The notes beneath the pieces are model-generated. The model saw only the letters and a program-made list of their open reading frames with translations. It did not search any database and was not told the DNA's origin. 35,073 nucleotides of DNA, taken from the NCBI GenBank assembly GCA_947628545.1, contig CANRAJ010000003.1:1-35073 (forward strand), in the 5' to 3' direction. Both the position numbers and the translations under genes were made by a program. This stretch comes from an uncultured Bacilli bacterium (GTDB lineage: Bacteria; Bacillota_I; Bacilli_A; RF39; UBA660). This document shows, one piece after another, positions 7,778-17,472 of the stretch (within the stretch, counting starts at the first letter, position 1; each line of letters opens with the position of its first letter).

Positions 7778-10282
7778 ATGAAGAATATATTAAAAAAACT
7801 TAAATGGGCTATACCCATTTTTTTATTTGGAATAATTTTTAGTATTCCATCACTCAAAGCAAAAGCTCTTACTTCTGATTCATTTTATTATGAATGGATA
7901 GACCCAAAAGTATATGTTTCAAAAACAAAAAACGGAGTTGAACGCTCCGAAAGAATAAGAATTTATCATAGGAGTTCAGATGGACAGGTTGTTTATTGTA
8001 TTCAGCCTGGTGTTGACTTTGCCGCTGGTGTTCCTATGACAGGTTATGATAGTGATCTAGTAGGTATATCAGGAATGACAAAAGAGCAGTTAGAAAAAGT
8101 TAGTTTACTTGCATACTATGGGTATGGTTATGGGAATCATACTGATTCCAAATGGTATGCTATAACCCAATATGAAATATGGAAAGTTTACAATTTAGGA
8201 TGGGACGTTTATTGGGTCGATTCGTTCCATGGTAATAGAATAAGTCAATTTGAAGCTGAATCACAAGAATTATTAAATTTAGTTAATAACCATTATAAGA
8301 TGCCATCTTTTCATGGACAAACAATAACAGGTGTTGTTGATGATACAATAACTTTAACTGATACAAATAATGTATTACAAAGCTATGATGTATCTATAAG
8401 TGAAAATGTAAATTATAGAAAGGAGGGAAATACTTTATATATTACACCAAATCAGGTTGGTAATATTACAATTACATTACAAAAGAAAAGTAATAGATTT
8501 GGGAGAGTAAAACTTGTATATGCAGAACCTGATTGTCAAAACTTGTTATTTGCAGGAGATTTAGATCCGATAAGTACTAATGTAAAAATAAATTCTATTG
8601 GTGGTAAAGTTACTATTCATAAAGTTGATAAAGATACTGGTTTTGCAATAGCTCAAGGGGACGCTACTTTAAAAGGTGCAACTTATGGTATTTATAAAAC
8701 CGATGGGATAAAGGTTGGTACTATTACTACTGGTGATGATGGTGTAATAACTAGTGGTATGCTTCCTAATCAAGGAGAGTACTATCTACTTGAAGAAAAA
8801 TCTTCAACTGGTTATGAAATAGATAATACAAAGTATTACTTCACTATAACAAGTGATGACTTATATCCTGAAGTTACTGTCTATGAAAAAGTTATTGAAA
8901 GAGATGTTAATATCTTTAAAGTGTTTGCAACCGATAAAACAGGTCTTTTAACTGGAGAACCAAACGTTCAATTTGATATTTATTTAAAATCATCAAATAA
9001 GAAAGTCGCTAGTATAACTACCGATGAAAAAGGTTTTGCCTCTGTTAAGCTACCTTATGGTGTTTATATTGTAAAGCAAGTTACTACTTCAAAAGATCAT
9101 TATAAAGTTGATGATTTTGAAATTGTAATTAATAAATATACTGATGATCCTTATTATAAACTACTTTCAAATGCTGAAATAAAAGCTAAACTAAAGCTAG
9201 TTAAAATAGATAGTGAGTCAGGTAATGTAATTAAAATGAGTGGAATTAAATTCAAAATATTTGATGTTAAAAATAATGAATATGTTTGCCAAACAATTAC
9301 ATATCCAAATTCTAAAAAGGTATGTGAATTTGAAACCACAAGTGATGGGGAGTTTATAACACCATACGCTTTAAGTTCAGGAAAATATATCCTAGAAGAA
9401 ATAGATCAAAAAATAGATGGTTATTTATGGAATATTAATCCGTATGAATTTGAAGTTGGAGAAAATTCAGAATTGATAAATGATGATGATTATGGTGTTA
9501 TGGTTTTAGTTAAGTACGCTAATAAACAAGTAAAAGGAAAAGTATCTATAAAGAAAACTGCTGAAAAGTTAGTTATTGAAGATGGTTCATACCATTATGA
9601 AGAAATATCTTTAGAGGGTGCAGAATTCGGTGTATATGCTGATGAAGATATTGTTACTAAAGATGGTGTTGTTCACTATAAAAAAGATGAGTTAGTTGCA
9701 ACCATCACATCAGATGAAGATGGATTGGCAGAGTTAGATAATATGTATTTGGGTAAATATTATATTGTTGAAACCAAAGTTCCTGATGATAATTTAGTAT
9801 TAGATAGCACAAAACATGAATTTGAATTAACATATAAAGATCAATATACTGAAATTATTTCAAAGACTTTTGATATTTTAAATAAATATAAAAAAGGAAC
9901 ATTAGAATTTACAAAGGCTGATGTTTCAACTGGAGAACCACTTCCTAATACCACTATTGAAATATATACAAGTGATGATGAACTTATCTTCACTGGTGTT
10001 ACTGATGAAAATGGTAAAATAATAATTAAAGATTTAGCTGTTGGAGATTACTATATCCTAGAAAAAAATGCTCCAGATAATTATAAAATAAATCCAGAGC
10101 GTATGTATTTTTCTATTAAAGAAAATGGAGAAATAGTAAAGGCTACACTAACAGATGAACTTATTATTGATATTCCAAATACTTCTAAAAATGAATTTAA
10201 TAATAATATTTTATTAGCATTAGGTGTTACATTAGGTTTAGGAGCTTTATTATATGTTAAAAAGAAAAATAACAAGAAATAG
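7778..10282 (+). CDS. Cell-wall-anchored adhesin with Cna-B/SpaA prealbumin-like repeats
   Basis: Signal peptide, YCIQPG thioester-domain-like motif, repeated KVD..G..L.GA.F / YYLLEEK..GY, IPNTS sorting signal + TM + K-rich tail. Confidence 0.9.
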   Translation: MKNILKKLKWAIPIFLFGIIFSIPSLKAKALTSDSFYYEWIDPKVYVSKTKNGVERSERIRIYHRSSDGQVVYCIQPGVDFAAGVPMTGYDSDLVGISGMTKEQLEKVSLLAYYGYGYGNHTDSKWYAITQYEIWKVYNLGWDVYWVDSFHGNRISQFEAESQELLNLVNNHYKMPSFHGQTITGVVDDTITLTDTNNVLQSYDVSISENVNYRKEGNTLYITPNQVGNITITLQKKSNRFGRVKLVYAEPDCQNLLFAGDLDPISTNVKINSIGGKVTIHKVDKDTGFAIAQGDATLKGATYGIYKTDGIKVGTITTGDDGVITSGMLPNQGEYYLLEEKSSTGYEIDNTKYYFTITSDDLYPEVTVYEKVIERDVNIFKVFATDKTGLLTGEPNVQFDIYLKSSNKKVASITTDEKGFASVKLPYGVYIVKQVTTSKDHYKVDDFEIVINKYTDDPYYKLLSNAEIKAKLKLVKIDSESGNVIKMSGIKFKIFDVKNNEYVCQTITYPNSKKVCEFETTSDGEFITPYALSSGKYILEEIDQKIDGYLWNINPYEFEVGENSELINDDDYGVMVLVKYANKQVKGKVSIKKTAEKLVIEDGSYHYEEISLEGAEFGVYADEDIVTKDGVVHYKKDELVATITSDEDGLAELDNMYLGKYYIVETKVPDDNLVLDSTKHEFELTYKDQYTEIISKTFDILNKYKKGTLEFTKADVSTGEPLPNTTIEIYTSDDELIFTGVTDENGKIIIKDLAVGDYYILEKNAPDNYKINPERMYFSIKENGEIVKATLTDELIIDIPNTSKNEFNNNILLALGVTLGLGALLYVKKKNNKK

Positions 10283-10856
10283 TATTATTGTATTATTATC
10301 TATCCTTTTGATATTGCTTTGTATTTTTATTAAAATTAATGATGTATATAATGAGAAAAAAATAGAAAAGCAAGAAGAGGAACAAATAACTGATATTATT
10401 AACAATAATTATTCATTAGAAGCCATAAATGAGACTTCTGACAACAAAACTAGTAGTAAAGGTGATAATTATATAGCAGTTTTAGAGATCCCTAAAATAG
10501 GCCTTAAAAAAGGTCTAGTTATGGCTACAAAAAACTTTAATTCAATTAATTATGCAGTAAGTATAGATAAGAATAGTAAATTCCCAGATAGTGTTGGAAA
10601 TTTTATCTTATATGCTCATTCCGGTAATAGTAAAATATCTTATTTTGATAAATTAAAAAACTTGGAAAATGATGATGAAATTAGAATTTACTATAATGGG
10701 TTATGGTATACTTATGTAGTAATAAGAAAATATGAGGTAGATAAAACTGGTAGATTAAGTATTTATTCTGATAATGAAAATAAGTACATTACCTTAACTA
10801 CTTGTAGTCAAGAAAATAAACAAAAGCAAATAGTAATTTTAGGAAAGGAAAAATAA
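10254..10856 (+). CDS. Sortase
   Basis: LEIPKIGL, YAHSG, ITLTTC catalytic motif; adjacent to its probable substrate. Confidence 0.9.
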   Translation: MLKRKITRNSIIVLLSILLILLCIFIKINDVYNEKKIEKQEEEQITDIINNNYSLEAINETSDNKTSSKGDNYIAVLEIPKIGLKKGLVMATKNFNSINYAVSIDKNSKFPDSVGNFILYAHSGNSKISYFDKLKNLENDDEIRIYYNGLWYTYVVIRKYEVDKTGRLSIYSDNENKYITLTTCSQENKQKQIVILGKEK

Positions 10857-10858
10857 TT

Positions 10859-11194
10859 TTGAATATTAAAGATTCATCAAAGATAGAAATGTTGTCAGAT
10901 GGGGTTTGCTGTTATTCAAGAAATAGTACTGAATTAGGTGCAAAGGCTTCTTCAGAACTATTTAATGCATTTTATAAAGAACATAATAAGAGAATAATAA
11001 ATGAATATATCGAACTTGATTATATAGTAAATAAAACAAGTAAGCCTGAATTATCTAAACTATTAAATAATGAAAATGATTGTGACATAATAGTTAAAAA
11101 CTTTTCTACATTGTCAAAAAATATAGAAGAATTTAACTATATCGTAAATAAAATAAAAGAAAAAAACCAAAAGACTTGGAGCTTTAATTTATAA
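10859..11194 (+). CDS. Stand-alone degenerate serine-resolvase catalytic-domain protein
   Basis: CYSRNST (cf. YARVST), EYIE, KPELSKLL (cf. RPEL..ML), IIVKNFSTLSKN (cf. VKDLSRLGRN). Confidence 0.6.
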   Translation: MNIKDSSKIEMLSDGVCCYSRNSTELGAKASSELFNAFYKEHNKRIINEYIELDYIVNKTSKPELSKLLNNENDCDIIVKNFSTLSKNIEEFNYIVNKIKEKNQKTWSFNL

Positions 11195-11205
11195 GCTCTT
11201 TTTTT
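11179..11205 (+). terminator. Terminator-like hairpin
   Basis: gagctt...aagctc followed by T7. Confidence 0.5.
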
Positions 11206-11216
11206 ATGGAAAGGAG

Positions 11217-11609
11217 GTGATGAAAATACAAAGGAATATAAGAGTTTTATATGTAGAGCCATATAAGGATCCAGTGGAAATGGTTATTAAAAATAATCTT
11301 TCAGAAAAACGTAAACTTGTAAAAGGCAACATAGAATATTCTTATTTAACCGATGATTATAGTGTTGCACTTATATGTAACGAAGAGGGCAAAATAAATG
11401 GAATGCGAGAAAACAGAGATATAGGTCACGATATAATCTTCGGACCTTTTATAGTTGTTGGGGATGATGGTTCAGGCGAAGATAGATCGCTAATTCAAGA
11501 ACAAGTAGATAAGTACAAACAATATTTTAATGACTTATCTATATGTAAAACTTATTTTAAAGTTAAAGAAATACTTGATACTCAAAAAGAAAAAGAAATT
11601 AATATGTAA
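11217..11609 (+). CDS. DUF3846-like ICE protein
   Basis: RVLYVEP..P.E....N.L....LVKGNIE...LICNEEGK.NG...NR...IFGPFIVVG. Confidence 0.7.
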   Translation: MMKIQRNIRVLYVEPYKDPVEMVIKNNLSEKRKLVKGNIEYSYLTDDYSVALICNEEGKINGMRENRDIGHDIIFGPFIVVGDDGSGEDRSLIQEQVDKYKQYFNDLSICKTYFKVKEILDTQKEKEINM

Positions 11610-11621
11610 AGGAGGAATGAA

Positions 11622-11969
11622 ATGTTGAATCAAGTAGTAGTAGTCGGAAGACTAGTTGATACACCAGATGTTAAAGAAACAGAAAATGGTAAAGCAGTAT
11701 CAAATATTACTGTTGCAGTACCAAGAAGTTACAAAAATGAAAACGGGGAATATGAAACTGATTTTCTTGATTGTACATTATGGGGTGATGTTGCAAAGAC
11801 TACATATGAATATTGTAAAAAAGGAGATTTATTAGGAATTAAAGGTAGAATTCAAGTAAGAACAATTGATGATGACGAAAAGTCTTACAAAAAAACCGAA
11901 ATAATTGCTGAAAGAATTACTTTTTTAAGTTCTGCAAAATCTAAAGAACATGATAATGAATTAGATTAA
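11622..11969 (+). CDS. ssb: Single-stranded DNA-binding protein
   Basis: MLNQVVVVGRL, AVPRSYKNENGEYETDF, KKGDLLGIKGRIQ. Confidence 0.92.
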   Translation: MLNQVVVVGRLVDTPDVKETENGKAVSNITVAVPRSYKNENGEYETDFLDCTLWGDVAKTTYEYCKKGDLLGIKGRIQVRTIDDDEKSYKKTEIIAERITFLSSAKSKEHDNELD

Positions 11970-11974
11970 TTATG

Positions 11975-12052
11975 AAAAAAGGTAAAGAAAAAAGTTAAAT
12001 CGCCGGTCAGCAAAATAACTCTGTGATTATTATATCATACTTTACCTTTTTT
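11975..12052. repeat. 13-bp perfect inverted repeat enclosing a GC-rich core
   Basis: aaaaaaggtaaag (11975-11987) / ctttacctttttt (12040-12052). Confidence 0.75.
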
Positions 12053-12075
12053 AATTTTTATTAAGGAGGGATATA

Positions 12076-12351
12076 GTGAATTATATTTTAGCAAATGGAA
12101 TACAAAAGTTAGATGGTGGAAGTTATAGCATTGATTCAATTATAAAAGCTATACAAACCTTTTCAAATTGGGCATTAAGAATTGGAATAGCATTGGCAGG
12201 TGTTTCACTAATCATAGGTTTTATTATGTATGCTGTTGCTGATGTTGATAAAAAACAACAAGTAAAACAAAGAATTATACAGACTATGTTTGGGATTGTT
12301 GGTATTATACTTGCAATATCAATAGTAAACTTAATAATTGATTTATTCTAG
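12076..12351 (+). CDS. VirB2/TrbC-like two-TM conjugation protein
   Basis: Two hydrophobic helices with a charged loop, first gene of the mating-pair cluster. Confidence 0.65.
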   Translation: MNYILANGIQKLDGGSYSIDSIIKAIQTFSNWALRIGIALAGVSLIIGFIMYAVADVDKKQQVKQRIIQTMFGIVGIILAISIVNLIIDLF

Positions 12352-12360
12352 GGAATATAA

Positions 12361-13686
12361 ATGTCAGCGTATGATTTTTTAAGAACTATAGGATGGTCTA
12401 TCATTGACTTTATATATGGTTTAATAGATTCTTTGTTTGAAATATTAAGAGAAATAAATGCTTATAATTTGATTGATAGCATATCTAACAATGAAATATT
12501 TAAAAATTTTCATTCTGGGATAATCATAATAGCTCTAACTTTATTAGGATTATTTTCAATATGGAAATTTGTTATGAAAATACTCGAGCCTGATGAAAAT
12601 ACAAATGCAGGAAGTATTGTAAAAGAAATAATTAAATGTACCTGTTTAGTTATATTATCAGTTTTTCTTTTTGCGCAAGTATCATTATTTTCAATAAAAT
12701 TAGGAAACTTTACAGCTTCTATGTTTGATAATAAAAATGTTACGTTAGCAAAAACAATGGAAGTAATGTATGTTAGCTATGATGAGGGATATAGTGAATC
12801 TACTGAATTTTTAAAGGAAGACTTTAAAACATCAATAGAAAATGACAACTTTACAAAAAAGAAAGAATACAATGAAAAATATGTAACTTCTATCGGATGG
12901 ATTTTACCTGGTACAGTAGAGTATAAATATAACATTAATTGGATATTATCAATTGTTGTTGGTGCTTTTTTTCTTTATGCATTATTTTTTAGTGGAATGA
13001 TGCTTGCAAGACGTCAAATAGAATTTATATTTTTATTTTTAATATCTCCAATTGTTTTTGCAACATCAATCAATAATAAACAAAGACGTGGTGCAGTATT
13101 TGAACAACTTACTTCACTTACGCTTCAGGCTGCAGTTGTAATGCTTATAATTGGAATTACAGTTTTAATTATGCAAGCCGTAAACGGAACAACATTCTTT
13201 TCTGATTCAACTACGAAAGACGTTATACTTAAAACAATTATGTATTTAGGATGTGCAACGTTTTTATTAACTGGATCACAAGCCGTTAATAGATTTATTG
13301 GTGCTAATGTTTCAGCTAATAGTGGTAGAGAACAAATGATGAGCTTGATGTCATTTAATAGAACCATGGGAGGTATTGCAAGTAGAGGAGCTTCTGGATT
13401 AACTGGTGGAGCATTATTTGGAGCTGGTATGTCAAGTAGTGTTTTAGGTAAATTAGGAGGAAATAAGATAATGGACAAAGTAGGAAAAGCTATACAAAAC
13501 TTTGGTAGTGGTATTTCCAATAATTCGAATGGTTCAAAAATTAAACAATCAGTTGGTAATTTTATAGGAAAGTTTGGTTCTAAATTAAGTGATAGTCCGT
13601 TGAGTAAAATGGGTAAAAAAATGAGGAGTCAAGGAAAACAAAGTATGGGTAATGCTATTAGAAGAGGATATTATGGGAGGTTTTAA
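12361..13686 (+). CDS. VirB6-like polytopic conjugation membrane protein
   Basis: Multiple TMs, RRQIEFIFLFLISPIVFA, Gly-rich C-terminal tail. Confidence 0.75.
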   Translation: MSAYDFLRTIGWSIIDFIYGLIDSLFEILREINAYNLIDSISNNEIFKNFHSGIIIIALTLLGLFSIWKFVMKILEPDENTNAGSIVKEIIKCTCLVILSVFLFAQVSLFSIKLGNFTASMFDNKNVTLAKTMEVMYVSYDEGYSESTEFLKEDFKTSIENDNFTKKKEYNEKYVTSIGWILPGTVEYKYNINWILSIVVGAFFLYALFFSGMMLARRQIEFIFLFLISPIVFATSINNKQRRGAVFEQLTSLTLQAAVVMLIIGITVLIMQAVNGTTFFSDSTTKDVILKTIMYLGCATFLLTGSQAVNRFIGANVSANSGREQMMSLMSFNRTMGGIASRGASGLTGGALFGAGMSSSVLGKLGGNKIMDKVGKAIQNFGSGISNNSNGSKIKQSVGNFIGKFGSKLSDSPLSKMGKKMRSQGKQSMGNAIRRGYYGRF

Positions 13687-13688
13687 TA

Positions 13689-13967
13689 ATGTATATAACA
13701 ATTAAAAGTATAAAAAAAACACTTGGTAAATATATAGAGTACATGGATTTATATATTGGGATACCAGCGTTATTTTTATTTCTTATTTTATTTTCATTTA
13801 CTAATTTTAAACTAATTTCTTTTATTTACTTAACCGTTGTCATATTCTTAATGTTACCGATAAATTTATCGAAGAAAAATAGAATGTATAAAGTTATGTT
13901 TTTAGTGTTTTATTTTCTAATAAAAGTTAAAGAATATAGCTATTACAAAAATAAAAAAGGAGAATAG
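13689..13967 (+). CDS. PrgI/VirB3-like membrane protein
   Basis: Small 2-TM protein upstream of VirB4. Confidence 0.55.
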   Translation: MYITIKSIKKTLGKYIEYMDLYIGIPALFLFLILFSFTNFKLISFIYLTVVIFLMLPINLSKKNRMYKVMFLVFYFLIKVKEYSYYKNKKGE

Positions 13968-14102
13968 CGTTTATTATAGTATTAGTAAATGATTATCGTA
14001 ATTTGACTTATTATTGAAATTTAGTGAAACTTTTAATAAACGATATTCTCTATATAATTATATATTAAATAAAAACAATATGTAAAAGCATATTTAAGGA
14101 GG

Positions 14103-16553
14103 TTGATTATAATAAGAACAAATGAAAAAGATATTTTAAATAAATTAAAGCCTACTGGTATATATATCGAAGCAAAAGGAAAAATGAAAAAAAGAATGAA
14201 AAATTCCAAGCATTTTTCTAATGTAAAAGAAGTTGACAATAGTGGATTATTAAAACTTAAAACAGGTGAGGTTGCTAAACTTATTGAAGTAAAGGCAATA
14301 GATTTATCTTTATCTTCAAAGTCGGATAAAGAATCTTTTTTTTATATGTTTAAAAATTTGTTTCAAATAAAAAACTTGAATTTAAAATGTTATAAGTTAG
14401 ATGAAATGATAAACTTAAACAATAATAAAATTAAACTTGATGAGCTAATTGAAAGTACTGATAACGAGAGTAAAAAAGCATTATTAATTGAAGAACGTCG
14501 ATTAATAGAAGAATTAGAAAGTAATGGATTTACAACGTCCAGCATTTATTATTTTGTTTTGATTGCAAAAGATGAGTTGTTGCTCCAAAAACAATTAAAA
14601 GAGTTAATGGAAGTTACTGAAAATCTAGAACCAAGTTTGGGTATAGAGATAATTAATAATAAACTAGAAATTTATAAGTTTTTAACCAATCTATATTTAA
14701 CATCTAATTCATTAGATCAATTAATATGGAGTGATTTACCAGAACTTGTGTCACCTTTAAATTTATCTGAAAAAACAAATATGTTAAAGTTCGATGATAA
14801 AGACGTTCAAATGCTTACTATCAAAACGATACCACCATTTGTAGATGAACTTTTTTTTGAAGATATATTTAATGTTCCAAATGTGCGAGCTTGTATATCT
14901 ATTAAGGACGCAATTAGCCAAGAGGAACTTATAAGATGGGTAAATACTCAATATCAATTCTTGTTATCTGATAGAAACACTACTAGGAAATTAAGTGACG
15001 CAACAGAACTTGATACTCAAAAAGAGAACTTTCAAAGACTAATGAATGATATAAAAAATGGTGATGAAAAGATTAAAGAAGTATCGTTAATATTAGTTGT
15101 TTATGGTTCTAAAAACGAAAGAGAAGAAACGATAAGAAATTTAAAAAGATTAACTGATAGTTATCAGATAAAATTAGATGCACCGAGATTAAGACAAATG
15201 GAATTATGGCAAACTTATGATATAACACCATTTTCTTTAAAAGATTATTCTGTGTATTTGCCAACGCTTACTTTAAGTGCTGGTTTTCCATTTACTCAAA
15301 CATATTTTAATGATTCAAATGGTTATATGTTGGGTGTTGATATACATACATCTTTACCTATCTATTTTGATAACTTTGTTTTGAATAATTTTAGAACATC
15401 CCATAACATGGCGATAATATCCTCAACTGGTGGAGGTAAAAGTTACACTATGAAGAAAATGATAATAAACGAATACGCAAAAGGAACAAAAATTTTTATT
15501 TTCGATGCTGAAAATGAGTATGAAAATATTGTTAAATTAAATGGTGGTGAATATATAGACTTATATTCTAAAAAAGGTGGTATTATAAACCCACTTCAAA
15601 TAAGATATATCCCGTCTGATGATGATAATGCTTCCAAAGAAACTGATTGTCCTTTGGCAAAGCATTTAGGGTTTTTAGAAGCTTTTTTTAAAACTGCCTT
15701 TGAAGATATATCCGAAAAGGAATTAGTAATGCTTTTATCTATTGTTGAAGCTTTATATAATAAATTTGGTATATTTAAAAATACTTCAATTAATACATTA
15801 GAATCCTTAAAAGCAAAAGATTATCCAATATTTGATGACTTGTATAATTTTTTGCCAGAGTATAAAAAAAGTATTAATAGTAAAGAAAAAATAAAGTTAA
15901 TAGAACAAATAGATATTTTAATTTCTAGATTTTTAACTGGTACTGATTCGTATTTGTTTAATAGTCATACATCAATAGATTTAAGCAATGATTTAATTGC
16001 ATTTAATTTACAAGAATTATTGTATAGTGGTAACCAAAGATTAATAAATACGCAAACTTTAAACTTGTTAACATATTTAAATAACTCTATTGTAGCTAAC
16101 AAAATTAGTAATGAAAAAACAAAAGAGGAAAGGAAACATATTTGTATAATAGTTGATGAGTTTCATTTGTTTATTGATGAAAAAAATAATGAGGTATTAA
16201 AAAACTTCGGTCAATTAGCAAGACGCATAAGAAAGTACTCTGGATCTTTAGTTGTATCTACACAATCGGTAAAAGACTTTGTAGGGAACGCAGAGGTGTT
16301 AAGACACGCAACAGCTATATTTAATAACTGTCAGTACTCAATGATAGGTATGTTAAAAGAGGATGATCTACTAGCTTATATTGAATTATTTAAGAATAAT
16401 CCATTAACTGATACCCAAAAGAATTTTTTATTTTCTGCAAAACGTGGTGAGTTTCTACTTAATATTGATAATAAAACCAAGTTAAGAATATGGGTGCGAG
16501 CAACACAATTAGAGCGCCAAATGATGGGTGAAGAAGTTAAGGAAGATGTTTAA
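14103..16553 (+). CDS. VirB4-like conjugation ATPase
   Basis: Walker A STGGGKS, FDAENEY, INPLQI, Walker B IIVDEFH, ARRIRKY, STQSVKDF. Exact start uncertain. Confidence 0.92.
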   Translation: MIIIRTNEKDILNKLKPTGIYIEAKGKMKKRMKNSKHFSNVKEVDNSGLLKLKTGEVAKLIEVKAIDLSLSSKSDKESFFYMFKNLFQIKNLNLKCYKLDEMINLNNNKIKLDELIESTDNESKKALLIEERRLIEELESNGFTTSSIYYFVLIAKDELLLQKQLKELMEVTENLEPSLGIEIINNKLEIYKFLTNLYLTSNSLDQLIWSDLPELVSPLNLSEKTNMLKFDDKDVQMLTIKTIPPFVDELFFEDIFNVPNVRACISIKDAISQEELIRWVNTQYQFLLSDRNTTRKLSDATELDTQKENFQRLMNDIKNGDEKIKEVSLILVVYGSKNEREETIRNLKRLTDSYQIKLDAPRLRQMELWQTYDITPFSLKDYSVYLPTLTLSAGFPFTQTYFNDSNGYMLGVDIHTSLPIYFDNFVLNNFRTSHNMAIISSTGGGKSYTMKKMIINEYAKGTKIFIFDAENEYENIVKLNGGEYIDLYSKKGGIINPLQIRYIPSDDDNASKETDCPLAKHLGFLEAFFKTAFEDISEKELVMLLSIVEALYNKFGIFKNTSINTLESLKAKDYPIFDDLYNFLPEYKKSINSKEKIKLIEQIDILISRFLTGTDSYLFNSHTSIDLSNDLIAFNLQELLYSGNQRLINTQTLNLLTYLNNSIVANKISNEKTKEERKHICIIVDEFHLFIDEKNNEVLKNFGQLARRIRKYSGSLVVSTQSVKDFVGNAEVLRHATAIFNNCQYSMIGMLKEDDLLAYIELFKNNPLTDTQKNFLFSAKRGEFLLNIDNKTKLRIWVRATQLERQMMGEEVKEDV

Positions 16554-17397
16554 TGTTAAGAAAAAAACCATTTTTATGTTAGGCCTTTTTTTAATAATTA
16601 TTTTTCTTTTTTTAACACCTGTTATGATGTTGTTAGATTTGTTTGAAGAGAATGGAACAAAAGTTTCTATTGATGAAAGTTATGTGTCAAATAATTATCC
16701 ATATGCAAATGATTATATATCTGTCTTAAATAAAAATATAAGAGATGGTAATGGTTATGTTACATTATCAAGAGTGGTATATTTTTTGTCAGAAAATAAA
16801 AATTTAACTTATGATGAGATATATACTGACAATTTAAATTTAGATAAAAAACAGGAAAAACCAATTTCGGAGGTTTGCAGTATGGAAAAGTACAAAAATT
16901 ATAAAGTATGTAATTCATTGGCGATAAAGGATTCTAACCAAACTGATTTTTATACTGAAAAGCCATTTGGTAAACCATTAAATTTTACGAGCATGAATGT
17001 GTCAAGTTTCTTTATGCAAAATAGAAGTATAGGTGTTTCTAAAGTACATAAAGCGTGGGATTTTTCAGCACCAGCAAAAACGCCGGTTTATTCTGTTTGC
17101 GATGGTGTAATAGAAACCGTGACTTTTCCATATGATAAAAATGTAAAAAATATGCTTGATAAGAACGGAGGAAACAGGATAAAACTCAAGTGTACATATA
17201 ATAACCAAGTCTATTATGTTTATTATATGCACTTATATCCAAATAGTTATATGGTTTCTAAAGGTCAAGCAGTTTCTAAAGGAGATGTATTAGCAGGTGT
17301 TGGTACAACTGGTATGTCGACTGGAAATCATTTGCATTTTCAAGTTAATTTAAATGGCAAAGAAATTGATGGTATGAAACTAGTGGATTTCAGATAA
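16528..17397 (+). CDS. M23 family peptidoglycan endopeptidase
   Basis: HKAWD (HxxxD), YMHL, GTTGMSTGNHLHF (HxH). Confidence 0.9.
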   Translation: MKKLRKMFNVKKKTIFMLGLFLIIIFLFLTPVMMLLDLFEENGTKVSIDESYVSNNYPYANDYISVLNKNIRDGNGYVTLSRVVYFLSENKNLTYDEIYTDNLNLDKKQEKPISEVCSMEKYKNYKVCNSLAIKDSNQTDFYTEKPFGKPLNFTSMNVSSFFMQNRSIGVSKVHKAWDFSAPAKTPVYSVCDGVIETVTFPYDKNVKNMLDKNGGNRIKLKCTYNNQVYYVYYMHLYPNSYMVSKGQAVSKGDVLAGVGTTGMSTGNHLHFQVNLNGKEIDGMKLVDFR

Positions 17398-17472
17398 AAA
17401 GTTGATTTTTTCTTTAAAAAATGATATATTATGCTTGCAGTAAAATAAAAAATATTTAATTGAGGGGGATAT

